A stretch of 64,000 nucleotides of DNA, from NCBI GenBank assembly GCA_964035575.1, contig OZ037847.1:930001-994000 (forward strand). The letters are read 5' to 3'. Below, piece after piece: positions 52,486 through 63,235 of the stretch (the stretch's first letter is position 1; every line of letters begins with the position of its first letter). The DNA is from Rhynchopus sp. YZ270_cl-10. Its lineage: Eukaryota. Position numbers and translations under genes: made by a program. The notes beneath the pieces are model-generated. The model was not told the DNA's origin. It made no database searches and was given only the letters and a program-made list of their open reading frames with translations.

Positions 52486-54322
52486 GGTGGGAGTGGGCGC
52501 GGCGTGGGTGTGGGTGTGGAAAAAATATTCCAAGTTCCAAGTCCTCGTAGCTCTGGCAGCCGAAGTCGTTCTCGCCATGTCAGTGAGCGTACGAATGTCC
52601 TCATTGGACAGGGATGCCTTCACGGCGGTTGAAGGGGTGATGTTGGCCTCCGCCGTTGCACTTGCAACCTCCTGCGAAAACAGTTGAGCGACCATTAGTG
52701 TATGTTTAGGTTATGAAACTGGGTATTGTTTAGTGGGAGGAATGTATGTGTTTGTGTGGTTGTGACTCGCGAAGCGAGCCACGGTACGATGGAGCGATTA
52801 ATGGCGCTCTTGATTTTGGCGGTTTTAATAATGTCGTTTTTTGGGTGTCGGAAGGGGGGTAAACCGACATAATTAAAAACGACATAATAGAAACTTGGAC
52901 TGTATGCGGGGCGTTTTTGTGCCTTCAGGGTCTTTTTGTTTTTCAGCAACCCTGCCTCTCCTATATCACCAGTGCATAGCCTTTGTCTTTCTGTTGGGGT
53001 ATGCGGGACTTCCCCTAGTCCTCAGGGTCTAAACGCCCCTGCCCTCTTTTATGCAAGTTCACCCTGGCAGGGTATATAAATGCTGGGTCAGGCTGGCCCC
53101 CCTATGCTATGATGGGTGCTCGCACCCGGAGCATAAATGGCCAGCGGTCAGGCCAGAGTCGCTCTACGGAGTCTCTCTGCCACGCCTTTGGGTTACGGTG
53201 TGCTGCCTGTAAGGACGTCCATGTATATCCCTAAGAGAAAGGGTGAGGCCCAACTGTCGGTACAGCATGGGGCGCCAAGAGAGAGATGTTGTGACCCCCC
53301 CGCCCACCCCTTTTTGTGTTTTTGGGTTTCTGCTCTCTTGTGTAGACTATCGTGCATCAAGCGTTGGGTGCAGCGAACTGCAGTACCTGTAAGCTCACAA
53401 CTCTTCAACGGAAGGTGGGCCGCCGGCTATCGAGCGGTTGTGAACCGCCCTCGTTCTCTTACGGTACGGGCCAGTCATTAGGTTTCCTTTTTACATCTTC
53501 TGTTGTTGGCCGCAGGGTACTTGTGCTTTCATCCGGATGGCTGGCATCGTACGTGGGTCAGTCGGAGGTGCCTGCATTAATAACTTCACTTTTAAAAGGT
53601 GATGCAGGAATATTTGTTTTCAACAATTTTGACCATCTCCGACCCAGAGACAGCCAAATTGCAACCTCAGTTTATCCCAACAATAATACAACGTTTCTTT
53701 GACTTTTAAGTTTGTAGAGTTTTTTTCTTCTGTTTTTCTTTTTCTTGTTTTTGGTTTTGGCCAATTCTAGGTAGACTTTGGTTAACTCACCTAGTCTCCA
53801 CCTAGTTGTAACTCTAACGAGACTGTGCTGTACATCTTACACCTACAATAATTCAATAATAGGGATGTGCCGCACACTACGAAGGTGTCCACTTCCGTGA
53901 ACACTCTCCTGTGTAGTCGGGTGAGGGGCAAGGGGGGGTAGATACGAGGTAATAAAGTTGCCACTGAGAGGGTGTGAGCAGAGGTGGAGAAAGTGCGGAT
54001 GGCGGCATCTTGTATGCATTCTTCCTGCACCTCACCCTTTGTTACTCACTTCCACTACTGCATCGATTTGCAACTTTTTAGTACTTACCCCGGGATGTTT
54101 TTGTTTGGGAAACATTTTTGAAATGCGAAAAGTGAAAACTATGAACACGTCAAAGTGCGATTTCGATTCGCCTTCCTGTTCTTTTTGAGGTTGTTTGTGT
54201 CGTGCGTGTGTTCGCGTCTATGTTGTTTTGTATTGTCTGATCTGGTTCTCTATTATTGTTACCGTGCTTCAGTGAGCGTAAGAAAATTATTGATACAAAC
54301 AAACAAACAATAAGGGTACTTT

Positions 54323-54362
<40 letters not shown>

Positions 54363-54424
54363 GGTTTTCCCCGCCGCCAGTATTTTGGGTTTTGAAAAAG
54401 TTCTGTTGATGGTCCAAAAAAAAA

Positions 54425-54830
54425 ATTTCGCGCTTCGCGCGAAAACCCCTGCAAAGCTCCTTCTCGTGGCCTCCGGCGGAGAGACGCATGTTCCCCAAGC
54501 CCGTCAGAGTTCCTCCGAATCAGCGACATTTGCTCTTTCCCTCTCACCAGGCTGTACATTGTACTCTACGGTGGCCGTCCACAAGCCGTAGTGGTGTCAG
54601 CCTTCTTATCAGTAAGCAGCGGTCATGGTAACCAAAGGTTCCTGTCGAAGCCACGGTACGCAACATTTTAAAAAAATGTTCCCATAAAATGGAACTGCGT
54701 TGGTGGTGGGATCTGCTTGCGCCGCAGGCGCACGGTACGCAACTTTTTTTTTTTTCCACCACCCGATTTTGACTTTTTTGGGACGTTTGAGCACTCACCT
54801 ATCCATATCTTCTTCTCCTGAGATTTTTTG
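54425..54830 (-). repeat. Inverted copy of the dispersed repeat family at 38275 and 46970-47850
   Basis: Reverse complement contains TTGCGTACCGTGGCTTCGACAGGAACCTTTGG, CACTACGGCTTGTGG and GCGTACCGTGCGCCTGCGGCGCAAG. Confidence 0.75.
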
Positions 54831-55844
54831 ACAAGTAGAACGGGTCTGAACCACTCAACAGAACTTTTTTTTTTTTTTTTTTTTTTTTTTTCATTTTCAA
54901 AAAGTTCTGTTGACCATCAACAGAACTTTGCTAGGTGGCGGCCCCCCTGGTTTTCTTCCTTGCTTTCGTATTTTTTGTTTTCTTTATCTATGTGGATCCC
55001 CCCCAGTGAACCGTTAGGGACCCCGCTCTGCCGTGGCAGTCGTGGTTAGCGTTGCCATGTTTGTCTGTAGCACACAAGTAAGAAGGTTTTTATTTTTGTT
55101 TTTTTGTCAACGTATGTACAGATTTTTCAGATTCTAGGGGAAAATTGCTTGTTTTGTCCTCGAAGTTGTTACTCGCTGTTCAAGCTCACAGGAAGTACAA
55201 GCGCTGAACGCGTGCAGAACGTGTCCTGAGCGCTCGTTCCGTGAAACGTGTGCACGAGTGATGCCGTCGCTCAACTACCCCCTTTACGGCCATGCGTTTG
55301 CACGGGCACCCCTGACTGATGCTGTATTTGAGCAGAAGCTGAGTAACTGCAGATGTCTCGGGGACGTGCGCATTGTCAGAAAAGGATGATCGAGTGAGGG
55401 CATTGATAGATGATTGCAAGCCTCCTCAAACCAAAGTACCCTTTTATATTATAAGATAAACTTTTTATCACCGTTAAATACACCGAAATGTTTCCACATT
55501 TAAACCCCCGCTCAAACACCACTCATACCCTTTGGATAATTTGTTTTTTTTTTTTTTTTGATCTGACCACTTTGTACGGTGGTCAACAACATCCCTCCCC
55601 CCTTGAAGACAATGGACACCTCTATTCTAACAGCTCATTGTGTTCAACGAAACATAATCTAACAAATACGGCATCCCCCACACACCCCTCTTTTTTACGA
55701 TTACTATGGTGTACAAAGACCGACTCTAGGATATGTGAACGAAAGAAAAATAGCCAAAAGAAAGAAAGGGGGAGGGAGGGGTCCTGGGGGGAATTAGTCA
55801 AGTCTATGCCCAGGAAGCTGTGCGGCTCTGCGTGCAGCCTCGGC

Positions 55845-56099
55845 GGGTGGGTGGGTGGGTGGGTGGGTGGGTGGGTGGGTGGGTGGGTGGGTGGGTGGGT
55901 GGGTGGGTGGGTGGGTGGGTGGGTGGGTGGGTGGGTGGGTGGGTGGGTGGGTGGGTGGGTGGGTGGGTGGGTGGGTGGGTGGGTGGGTGGGTGGGTGGGT
56001 GGGTGGGTGGGTGGGTGGGTGGGTGGGTGGGTGGGTGGGTGGGTGGGTGGGTGGGTGGGTGGGTGGGTGGGTGGGTGGGTGGGTGGGTGGGTGGGTGGG
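55845..56099. repeat. (GGGT)n microsatellite, left flank of the retrotransposon
   Basis: About 63 perfect copies. Confidence 0.98.
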
Positions 56100-56620
56100 G
56101 GAGATCTGGTGTACAAATAGTGATCCGTCGATGAGGTCCTGAAAGCGCAACAAAAACAATGTGAGGAGGGGTTTCGTTTATTGTGACGTACGAGGGAAGG
56201 AAAACACACCGGGGAAACAAATTTGTGGAAAAATTCCTGATGAAGGTGGTGTGTTTTGACTTTCCCGTTCCAACCTTTGCAGAGCAAAGAGGTAATAAAA
56301 GCAAAAATGGACCAAAGCATCTTATACTATCATCTACAGTAACACCAGATCTCCCCATGTCGCAGCAAAGCTGCTTTAACAAGTTAACTGGGGAGGAGAT
56401 CTGGTGTACAAATAGTGATCCGTCGATGAGGTCCTGAAAGCGCAACAAAAACAATGTGAGGAGGGGTTTCGTTTATTGTGACGTACGAGGGAAGGAAAAC
56501 ACACCATATACCGCTTTGGTACATCGTTTCCAGTCCGATTGACATGTGTACGACCACAACACTCTTTTGAAGAAAGGACAAGAGAAAAAGAGAAAGAATA
56601 AAAGAAATCACAAATGCATA

Positions 56621-59164
56621 TCACTCTGAAAAACCAAAAGAATCAACCTTCTTGTGAACACGGTCCCAACACAGCGGTACCGCTATCGTTCCCTCAGAGA
56701 GATGTGTGCGCCGGGATAACTGATCCGCAGTGCTGTTCTCCTCTGAGGCGATCCACTCAACACGAAGGTGGTGTGGTTGCACAAAAGAAAAAATATAACG
56801 TAAAAATAGGTTCCCTAGACGAGACTTTGTATGTCCCCGTCTGATCGCATGCGCCAAGCCCTCGTTGTCCACCAGCAGGAGGGTCCCACTCTTTGAGGAA
56901 CCGCTCTCCAATGCAGCTCTGATGCCCTTCATCGCAGCTTCTGCCTCCAGCAGGAAGATGTCGCGGTGCGTCGCAGCCTGCACCCACTGTCCCCAGTCCG
57001 CCCCGGCCTCGGCATCGTCCAGGTGCTGCCACACAATGCCCCAACCAGTCGTACTCGCGTCCGTCCACACCACCGTGTCCCATGCAGAAGCCGGCTCCGG
57101 CAATGAAAAATCCCGAATGGGGCGCACGAAAGCATCGACAATCTCAGCCATCTCCCTCCGCAAGTCATCCGGGATCACCACCTCTACGTCCCAGTCCAGT
57201 TCGCCTCTCACGATCTTCGTGGACCACCCACTGAGGCACCGGAGTATGGCGTCGAAGTGACACAGCGGAACGCCCAGGACATGTAGCACTCGCATAGCAA
57301 TACCCACCATCTGCCATATGCGCCGAATCGACAACTTCCACGCAGACGCAAATGAAACAAAAATCAGCATCACCTTCTCCCTCCACGTGCTCGGAAACCG
57401 CAATACACCCTGCTCAGGTGACCACTCCACACCAATGTACTCCAAAGTCCGCACTGGGCTGAGGCACGATTTCTTCTCGTTTATTTCTGCTCCTGCAAAA
57501 CTGAACCGTTCCAGGATCCCTGCTACCGATGCCTGAACTCCTTCACAAGACTCTCCGAAGACAAGGATGTCGTCCAAGTACACCATCGCACGCACGCCCA
57601 CTGCTCTACCCACAAGCGCTTCCGCTGTGTTCTGTGCTATGTAGGGGGCCACAGACCAGCCCATCGGCACCCGAGTCCATCTGTACCAGCTTTGCCCGAC
57701 GCGAAAACAGAAGAAAGAGGAGACGTTGTTGTGGATAGGAAGTTGGTGGAAGAATCCTTTCAGGTCTATTTTTGCCAACCACGTAGCCTTCCTGTGCTTC
57801 AGGATGTGGAACAGGTGCGGCGGGGCGAAGAGGTGGAACTTTGGGGGCTTTGGCATCACGCAGTTGATGGGACGGCCGTCAATCACCGTGCGGTGAATCA
57901 GCGGATCAGACTTCGGAACCGTAAACACCTTGACCACTCCGCGGACACACTCACGTTTCGTCACCTTCATGCAGACACCAGCCTTCAAACATGCCGACAC
58001 AAAAGAGGGAGGGAGGTTGGATTTCGGTCCTGGGATGGGGATCTTGCCTGACTTCACCTCCGAAATAGCGTTAGGGTTCGTCATCCAGCTTGCGAAATGT
58101 GGGTCCATACCCGCTTCCGTCGCCAGTTGCGACAGACGTTGCACGTTGATGGTGGAGGTCGGGAAGGAGTCAAGCTTTGCCTGTCTGGGGGGTGGCTTAC
58201 CCAAATCGGGCCACGTCAGGGAAGACTCTCCGGACTGCTCACCCGATACCTCATTCTCATGTTCCTCCAATATCCCCCGATAGCCCTCCTGCAGACCCCG
58301 AATCACTGAAGAGAAGACAGCAGATTCGCCTCCAGCGTTCGTCGACCCCGTGTGTTCGTCCTCAGGTAACGCACCGTCTCTGCTTCGTTCGCGTGTCTGA
58401 GGAGCTCCCGCAGCTCGCTTCTTTCCACTCCCGTCTTCTCCACCTCCTGGATCGCCCCCCGTCGTAACGAATGTAGCCATGCTGCGTTGGGAAACACCTT
58501 CTTCATAGCACGTTTCAGGCTTTCGTACACATTTGAATTCCCGCCGAAGACTAGCTGTTTTTCGTCCTTGATGCTTCGCATGAATCTCACCGCTACCGCA
58601 GTCAGTCTCCCTGGAGGCATGTTGATGGGGGGCCGCCATCCCTTGCATCCTTTCTCCCGCGCAAAGAATTCCCCCCCCACGGTGTCCAGCTTCTGCGGTG
58701 TGTCCGAGCGGAATTCCCTCCAATCTACCTTCGTGATGAAGCGCAGGTCGGGCACGCGAGCTCTCGATACCCATGCAATCGCGGCCAGTGCTGCAGCCGG
58801 CTTGTTCCCTTGCGACCACAGCGTCTCTATTGCAGTTGAAGCTTCTGTGGTGGTCATTGGTGGTGCCTGTCGCGGGCGGATCATCGTGCTCAAACGTATA
58901 AGTCCTTTCTTTGCCTCCAGCAGCTTCCGCGTTCGAACTCCTCGCATGCCCATGCTCAGCGACTTTCGCACGATCACCTCCACGTAGGTCTGTACAGTCT
59001 TCGGAGAAGCCGATGCCAGCATCCTGTGCGCGTAGCCGATGATGAGGTCGTCGGGGGGGAGGCCGTCGCGCTGCGTCGCACGCCACTCCATAAACCGGTC
59101 GAAGACCCGGTCTTGCTCCGCCCGGTACTTCGGGGCGTTCGCAAACTGACCGAGCTGGTCCCAT
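56621..59164 (-). CDS. Reverse transcriptase-RNase H (DIRS type); conserved domains lie in ~56621-58200, true start uncertain
   Basis: VFTVPK, RTVIDGRPIN, KIDLKGFFHQL, VPMGWSVAP, YLDDIL; RNase H WTDASTTGWG, LLEAEA, LVDN, ENSTADQLSR. Confidence 0.96.
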   Translation of the reverse strand: MGPARSVCERPEVPGGARPGLRPVYGVACDAARRPPPRRPHHRLRAQDAGIGFSEDCTDLRGGDRAKVAEHGHARSSNAEAAGGKERTYTFEHDDPPATGTTNDHHRSFNCNRDAVVAREQAGCSTGRDCMGIESSRARPALHHEGRLEGIPLGHTAEAGHRGGGILCAGERMQGMAAPHQHASRETDCGSGEIHAKHQGRKTASLRREFKCVRKPETCYEEGVSQRSMATFVTTGGDPGGGEDGSGKKRAAGAPQTRERSRDGALPEDEHTGSTNAGGESAVFSSVIRGLQEGYRGILEEHENEVSGEQSGESSLTWPDLGKPPPRQAKLDSFPTSTINVQRLSQLATEAGMDPHFASWMTNPNAISEVKSGKIPIPGPKSNLPPSFVSACLKAGVCMKVTKRECVRGVVKVFTVPKSDPLIHRTVIDGRPINCVMPKPPKFHLFAPPHLFHILKHRKATWLAKIDLKGFFHQLPIHNNVSSFFCFRVGQSWYRWTRVPMGWSVAPYIAQNTAEALVGRAVGVRAMVYLDDILVFGESCEGVQASVAGILERFSFAGAEINEKKSCLSPVRTLEYIGVEWSPEQGVLRFPSTWREKVMLIFVSFASAWKLSIRRIWQMVGIAMRVLHVLGVPLCHFDAILRCLSGWSTKIVRGELDWDVEVVIPDDLRREMAEIVDAFVRPIRDFSLPEPASAWDTVVWTDASTTGWGIVWQHLDDAEAGADWGQWVQAATHRDIFLLEAEAAMKGIRAALESGSSKSGTLLLVDNEGLAHAIRRGHTKSRLGNLFLRYIFSFVQPHHLRVEWIASEENSTADQLSRRTHLSEGTIAVPLCWDRVHKKVDSFGFSE

Positions 59165-59847
59165 TCCAGCGTCCGGTGCAGCAGCTTCCCCAGTACCTTC
59201 CCGTCTCGTTCCGCAAACACCAAGTCCTCCACAGCTTTCGCCCTCTGCAGCGACATCTTCCTCGTCCCAAGCGACATGTGCTCCGGTAGGTGTGGTGGGG
59301 GCAGCACCTCCTTGGGCGGGGTCACCGGGTCCGTCACCAGTTTCGGCCCTGTTCGCCCCGTGTCGCTCTGTCGCACTGTGACCCAGTTCCTTGGGGAGTT
59401 CCTCGTCCCTGTTCGTCCCTTTTCTCCCTTCTGTCGTCCCTCGTCCCTTTTTGTTTGTTGTAGTTGATGTGATTTTTGACGTCGATTCACCCCATAGTTC
59501 GTTCTGTTCGACCCAGTATTTTGACCCTTGTTTCCCCCGGAGTTGTAGATGGTGTTGTTGTTGATGTTGACGCGGTGGTGGCTACTGGCGAAAAGGCTTC
59601 CCCCCTTTGCCTCCTTTCCGTCCGAAGGTCGTCGATGGGTCGAACCTCGTGCGCTTCGATCCCCTGTCGTTGTAGTTGTTGGAGGAGGTGGTGCTGTGGC
59701 GTCTCTTCGTGCCTGCAAAGCGCGCATTCGCTGCCGTCGCTGCCAGCATCGCTGCACGGCGTTGGGGGGTGGTCGAAGTGCCCATCGATGTACGGGAACG
59801 GAACGCCCTGGCCGCCTCCAGCCCCATCGTGAAACGGTAGTGCACAC
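58303..59847 (-). CDS. Tyrosine recombinase (domain in ~58303-59280; start uncertain)
   Basis: SRARVPDL (Arg), EKG (Lys), HSLRRG (HxxR), LLRH...TVRYL (His, Tyr). Confidence 0.93.
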   Translation of the reverse strand: MCTTVSRWGWRRPGRSVPVHRWALRPPPNAVQRCWQRRQRMRALQARRDATAPPPPTTTTTGDRSARGSTHRRPSDGKEAKGGSLFASSHHRVNINNNTIYNSGGNKGQNTGSNRTNYGVNRRQKSHQLQQTKRDEGRQKGEKGRTGTRNSPRNWVTVRQSDTGRTGPKLVTDPVTPPKEVLPPPHLPEHMSLGTRKMSLQRAKAVEDLVFAERDGKVLGKLLHRTLEWDQLGQFANAPKYRAEQDRVFDRFMEWRATQRDGLPPDDLIIGYAHRMLASASPKTVQTYVEVIVRKSLSMGMRGVRTRKLLEAKKGLIRLSTMIRPRQAPPMTTTEASTAIETLWSQGNKPAAALAAIAWVSRARVPDLRFITKVDWREFRSDTPQKLDTVGGEFFAREKGCKGWRPPINMPPGRLTAVAVRFMRSIKDEKQLVFGGNSNVYESLKRAMKKVFPNAAWLHSLRRGAIQEVEKTGVERSELRELLRHANEAETVRYLRTNTRGRRTLEANLLSSLQ

Positions 59848-60610
59848 ATAGCAGGTCGTCCAGGAGGATCACGAGGAGGTCCCCCATGTTCTTCCCCTTC
59901 AGAATCTTCTGGATCAGGTTCAGAGTTCCGCGTGCCGCGTCCCGTGTGTCCCCTTCCTTATCAGGCACGTATTTTGCGAGTTGCTCCAACAGTTCGGTTT
60001 GGCCAAACCTGTCGAGTTCTTGCCAACGCGTCGGATTGAGTGCCACGGTTTCAGCGTCGGGCCCCATGTCGTCACTGCGGATGTCGCTGCGGTCGTCCGG
60101 TTGGTCGTCTGGGAAGTCCTGTGCGGCCTCGAAAGCGGCGATGCGGTCCTGCCCATCAGTCTCGCGTACCACCGGCGCAAACACAAAACGTTTCTTCACT
60201 GCCTCGGCCGCCACTGCCTGCTCCTCTGTCTCCACAGAGGCCTTCGGAGAAGATACGTCCTCAGAGCAAGGGAAAGATGCCGCGTCCTCGCCACTCAGCA
60301 ACTGCGCAAAGGTCACGTCCCCAAGGCCGTTCCTCACCGTGGCCAGAAAGAGGGCGAGACGGCGGGGCTTCGTCTTCTCCCACGCCGCCTCATTCGACCT
60401 GGTGACCTCAATCACCAATTGCCGCAGGTCGCTCTCCGTCACCACACCCCCCAATCCTGCCAGGGTTGCCAGGATGTAGTCCCCCGGCAAGAAGGAATCC
60501 TTCAGCGCCGTCTTCACCACATCTGGCGCTCCCGCACAACATACGCGCATCACTTCACTCACCTTGAAGTGACAGGCCTTGCGCCCCTCAAACTCAGCTG
60601 TCAAGTCCAT
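59582..60610 (-). CDS. Gag-like ORF1
   Basis: First ORF after repeat A1; ATG at 60610 (MDLTAEF); helical core and basic Gly-rich tail; homologous fragment at 18992-19675. Confidence 0.8.
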   Translation of the reverse strand: MDLTAEFEGRKACHFKVSEVMRVCCAGAPDVVKTALKDSFLPGDYILATLAGLGGVVTESDLRQLVIEVTRSNEAAWEKTKPRRLALFLATVRNGLGDVTFAQLLSGEDAASFPCSEDVSSPKASVETEEQAVAAEAVKKRFVFAPVVRETDGQDRIAAFEAAQDFPDDQPDDRSDIRSDDMGPDAETVALNPTRWQELDRFGQTELLEQLAKYVPDKEGDTRDAARGTLNLIQKILKGKNMGDLLVILLDDLLCVHYRFTMGLEAARAFRSRTSMGTSTTPQRRAAMLAATAANARFAGTKRRHSTTSSNNYNDRGSKRTRFDPSTTFGRKGGKGGKPFRQ

Positions 60611-60821
60611 ATTCGTACGAGGGAAGGAAAACACACCGGGGAAACAAATTTGTGGAAAAATTCCTGATGAAGGTGGTGTGTTTTGACTTTCCCGTTCCAA
60701 CCTTTGCAGAGCAAAGAGGTAATAAAAGCAAAAATGGACCAAAGCATCTTATACTATCATCTACAGTAACACCAGATCTCCCCATGTCGCAGCAAAGCTG
60801 CTTTAACAAGTTAACTGGGGA

Positions 60822-60888
60822 TGGGTGGGTGGGTGGGTGGGTGGGTGGGTGGGTGGGTGGGTGGGTGGGTGGGTGGGTGGGTGGGTGG
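60822..60888. repeat. (GGGT)n microsatellite, right flank of the retrotransposon
   Basis: About 16 copies, same orientation as the left tract. Confidence 0.97.
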
Positions 60889-61633
60889 TACCATGCAGAG
60901 ACGGAGGTGGGAGGAGTGACGTAGGTGTTGACAGCGGGGTCTTGAGTGGTTGTGGAGGAGCCTCCCGTCTGCTGAGTCTGAGTCGATGTGGTGGGGATGG
61001 GATGGTCAGTGCACGGTCAGAGGCGCGGGATAAGAGGTAGGCGTCGACGTGCGGCTGGACACGGGGACACAGAGGCGCCGAGAGGTGGCAGTCACGCACT
61101 GCAAGAAAGGCACTCCCAGTGGCTGGCTGTGCCTGAGGTTCCGATGTCAAGAACCGCACAGCCCGATCTCAGTATTGTGGCGATCAGACGGCTTGCTACC
61201 CACGGGGGCGACGGAGAGGCAGAAGGCGGTGTCGGGGGAACCACTGGCAGGAGTTTTATTCTTTACCTACAGTCTGGTAGTGGGGGGCGTTGTTGTGGGC
61301 ATCCGCAGACTTTTCACTGCGATCTTGCGGCCCTTGACCGTGCAGGATTCCACTTTGTGCACGTCCTGCAGTGTTTTTGTTTTCTTCTTCTCTTCCTCCT
61401 GTGCGGGGGCTCAGCTTCTCCAGCTTCCCTTCCAAATACTCCTTCAACGCCGGAGAAGAGGGCTTATGTACTTCCCTGTCATGTACATGTACGTCGACCA
61501 GTGTAATGGGGACAGGAGAGGCTTCCTTAAAGCTGAGAAGTCTTTTTTATTCCCCCTTTCTCCCACTCCCACTCTCCACACACCCCTCTCATTTCAGTAC
61601 CGTTTTATTTAATTTTCATTCTTTTTTAATCCG

Positions 61634-62263
61634 ATGGTGTTTTCCGATCAATATAGAAATACCAAGGGCATGCTGAACCGAGCCTCGCAGCTGTTGGTGG
61701 ACTTAGAGATAGGGAGGGGGGATCCTGATGAGTTGCAGGGACGGATCTCTAAGAGCTGTTCTGACTTGCAGACTGCGCTTGGGGAGTTGGCGGACATGGT
61801 TGCTGACGAACGCAGTGGGAGACGCGCGGTGATGCAACAGCAGCTGCGACTTCTTGAGGATGAACACCAGGATGTGCAGATGGGGCTCAAAAAGTACATC
61901 ACTGGTGCACAAAAGCGGCGCATGGCGCAGAAGAACCGGCAAGCCCTCTACACCGGCATGGATGCACCAGAAAACCTTGCCGGCACAGAAATGCTCGAAA
62001 AGGAAGGTCAATCCATTGACAAAACCACCAACGCCATGCAGTCTCTTGTTGAAGAGTCGCAGGCTGTGCTCAGTGCCCTCCGCACCCAAACCTCTGCTTT
62101 CCAACGCATGTCAAAACGCCTCACAACAGTTGTCGAGTCCTCCAGTCTCTCCCGCTCCATCCTCCAAACTATATCACGCACAGAACGAACCGATGCACTG
62201 ATTGTCTACGTCGGCATGTTTGTGATTACCTTTGTCATGCTCTTGATTTGGTGGTACAGATAG
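61634..62263 (+). CDS. Qb-SNARE, membrin/Bos1/GOSR2-like
   Basis: 209 aa; helical N-terminal bundle, SNARE heptad (E..SI..T...M..L.E....VL..L..Q...F), S..IL..I.R....D..I and a C-terminal TM anchor. Confidence 0.8.
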   Translation: MVFSDQYRNTKGMLNRASQLLVDLEIGRGDPDELQGRISKSCSDLQTALGELADMVADERSGRRAVMQQQLRLLEDEHQDVQMGLKKYITGAQKRRMAQKNRQALYTGMDAPENLAGTEMLEKEGQSIDKTTNAMQSLVEESQAVLSALRTQTSAFQRMSKRLTTVVESSSLSRSILQTISRTERTDALIVYVGMFVITFVMLLIWWYR

Positions 62264-63235
62264 GATGCCTGGGTGTTTTCTGAATATTCTTTTGAAAATG
62301 TGCGTTCATTTCATCTTAAAAGGTGCTCATTTGCAATCATGAGGAACGTTCCTGCGACGGATGCTGCCCAACGAAGAGTACCACCACCTAGGATTGAAAA
62401 GGGTGGGGTGATGGGGGAGGATGAAACGAGTTGGGAGCAAGGCAGTGGTGTGCAGTGGTTGAGCGGAAGAGGATGGATGTTAGGGACATCTTATAAACTT
62501 TTTCTTTATTTTTTTTGGTACCAACCGCGTACATATTACAGTGGACACGTATTATGTCCGGCGAATATTTTATTTTTTTTTGCAATAGAGCATAAGTAGA
62601 GATCTGGCTGGGCCCCGCTATTCATTATCCCCCCCCCTTTTTTTTTTTGCATTTCGTTCTCATTTGCGCGTATCTTCCTTTTCTCAGGTGCGTGTTCGAC
62701 AAAAAAAAAAAATAATAGCGGCTTCATTTTTCCCCCTAAGGTGTGCATGAATGAGAGAGGGCGCATTCCTCTTTCAAGTTTTCGTTGTTTTTTAGTGCCT
62801 CCTCTAGTACTTGGTGAGGCGTTTTCACTTTAAACGTCTCCTATATTGTCACATATGTGCACGAGAGGCAGACATTCGTCTTTCAAGTTTTCTTTTTTTC
62901 CCTTTTTGGAAGCAACGTATAAATGAGAGACTTTCTCTCCCCTACCCATTAGAAAGATGTTCCTATCGCTATGAGGGAAAACAGTTTTCTTTCAACTTTT
63001 CAACTTCGTTTTCAAAAATTTCCTTCTTCCTCTTCCATCTCTTCCACTCTGACTCTTTTGCTTTCCCCAAGCATTACCTTTCAAACCGAGCCCCAACTAG
63101 CCTCAATTTAACCCAAAAAAAACGGACCTCCCCCCTTTTTCTTTATATCTCTTCCCTCCTTCGCACTCCCAAAAACCCTCTTTTTTTTTATCAATGCAGG
63201 GGGGGAATTTTATTTTATCTTCCCTTCTCTTTTTG

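Larger units (their letters stand above)
56100..60821 (-). mobile_element. Full-length tyrosine-recombinase retrotransposon (DIRS order, VIPER/TATE-like gag-YR-RT/RH) with split direct repeats
   Basis: A1 60614-60821 = A2 56187-56394 (208 bp); B1 56395-56505 = B2 56100-56210 (111 bp); three intact overlapping ORFs; flanked on both sides by (GGGT)n. Confidence 0.95.

Noticed and set aside
52226..52695. His/Thr-rich ORFs
   Set aside because: Mostly translation of the GAGTGTGAGT array; the short unique part is unassignable
55186..55419. Non-LTR RT remnant (ISQGCP resembles QGCPLS)
   Set aside because: A single short motif with no other RT motifs
55488..56454. GGWV/HPPT ORFs and a telomere interpretation of (GGGT)n
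   Set aside because: Repeat-derived ORFs; the tract is internal, flanked by unique DNA and not TTAGGG
60890..61520. Coding-like GC-rich stretch right of the retrotransposon
   Set aside because: Competing short ORFs on both strands, none recognisable
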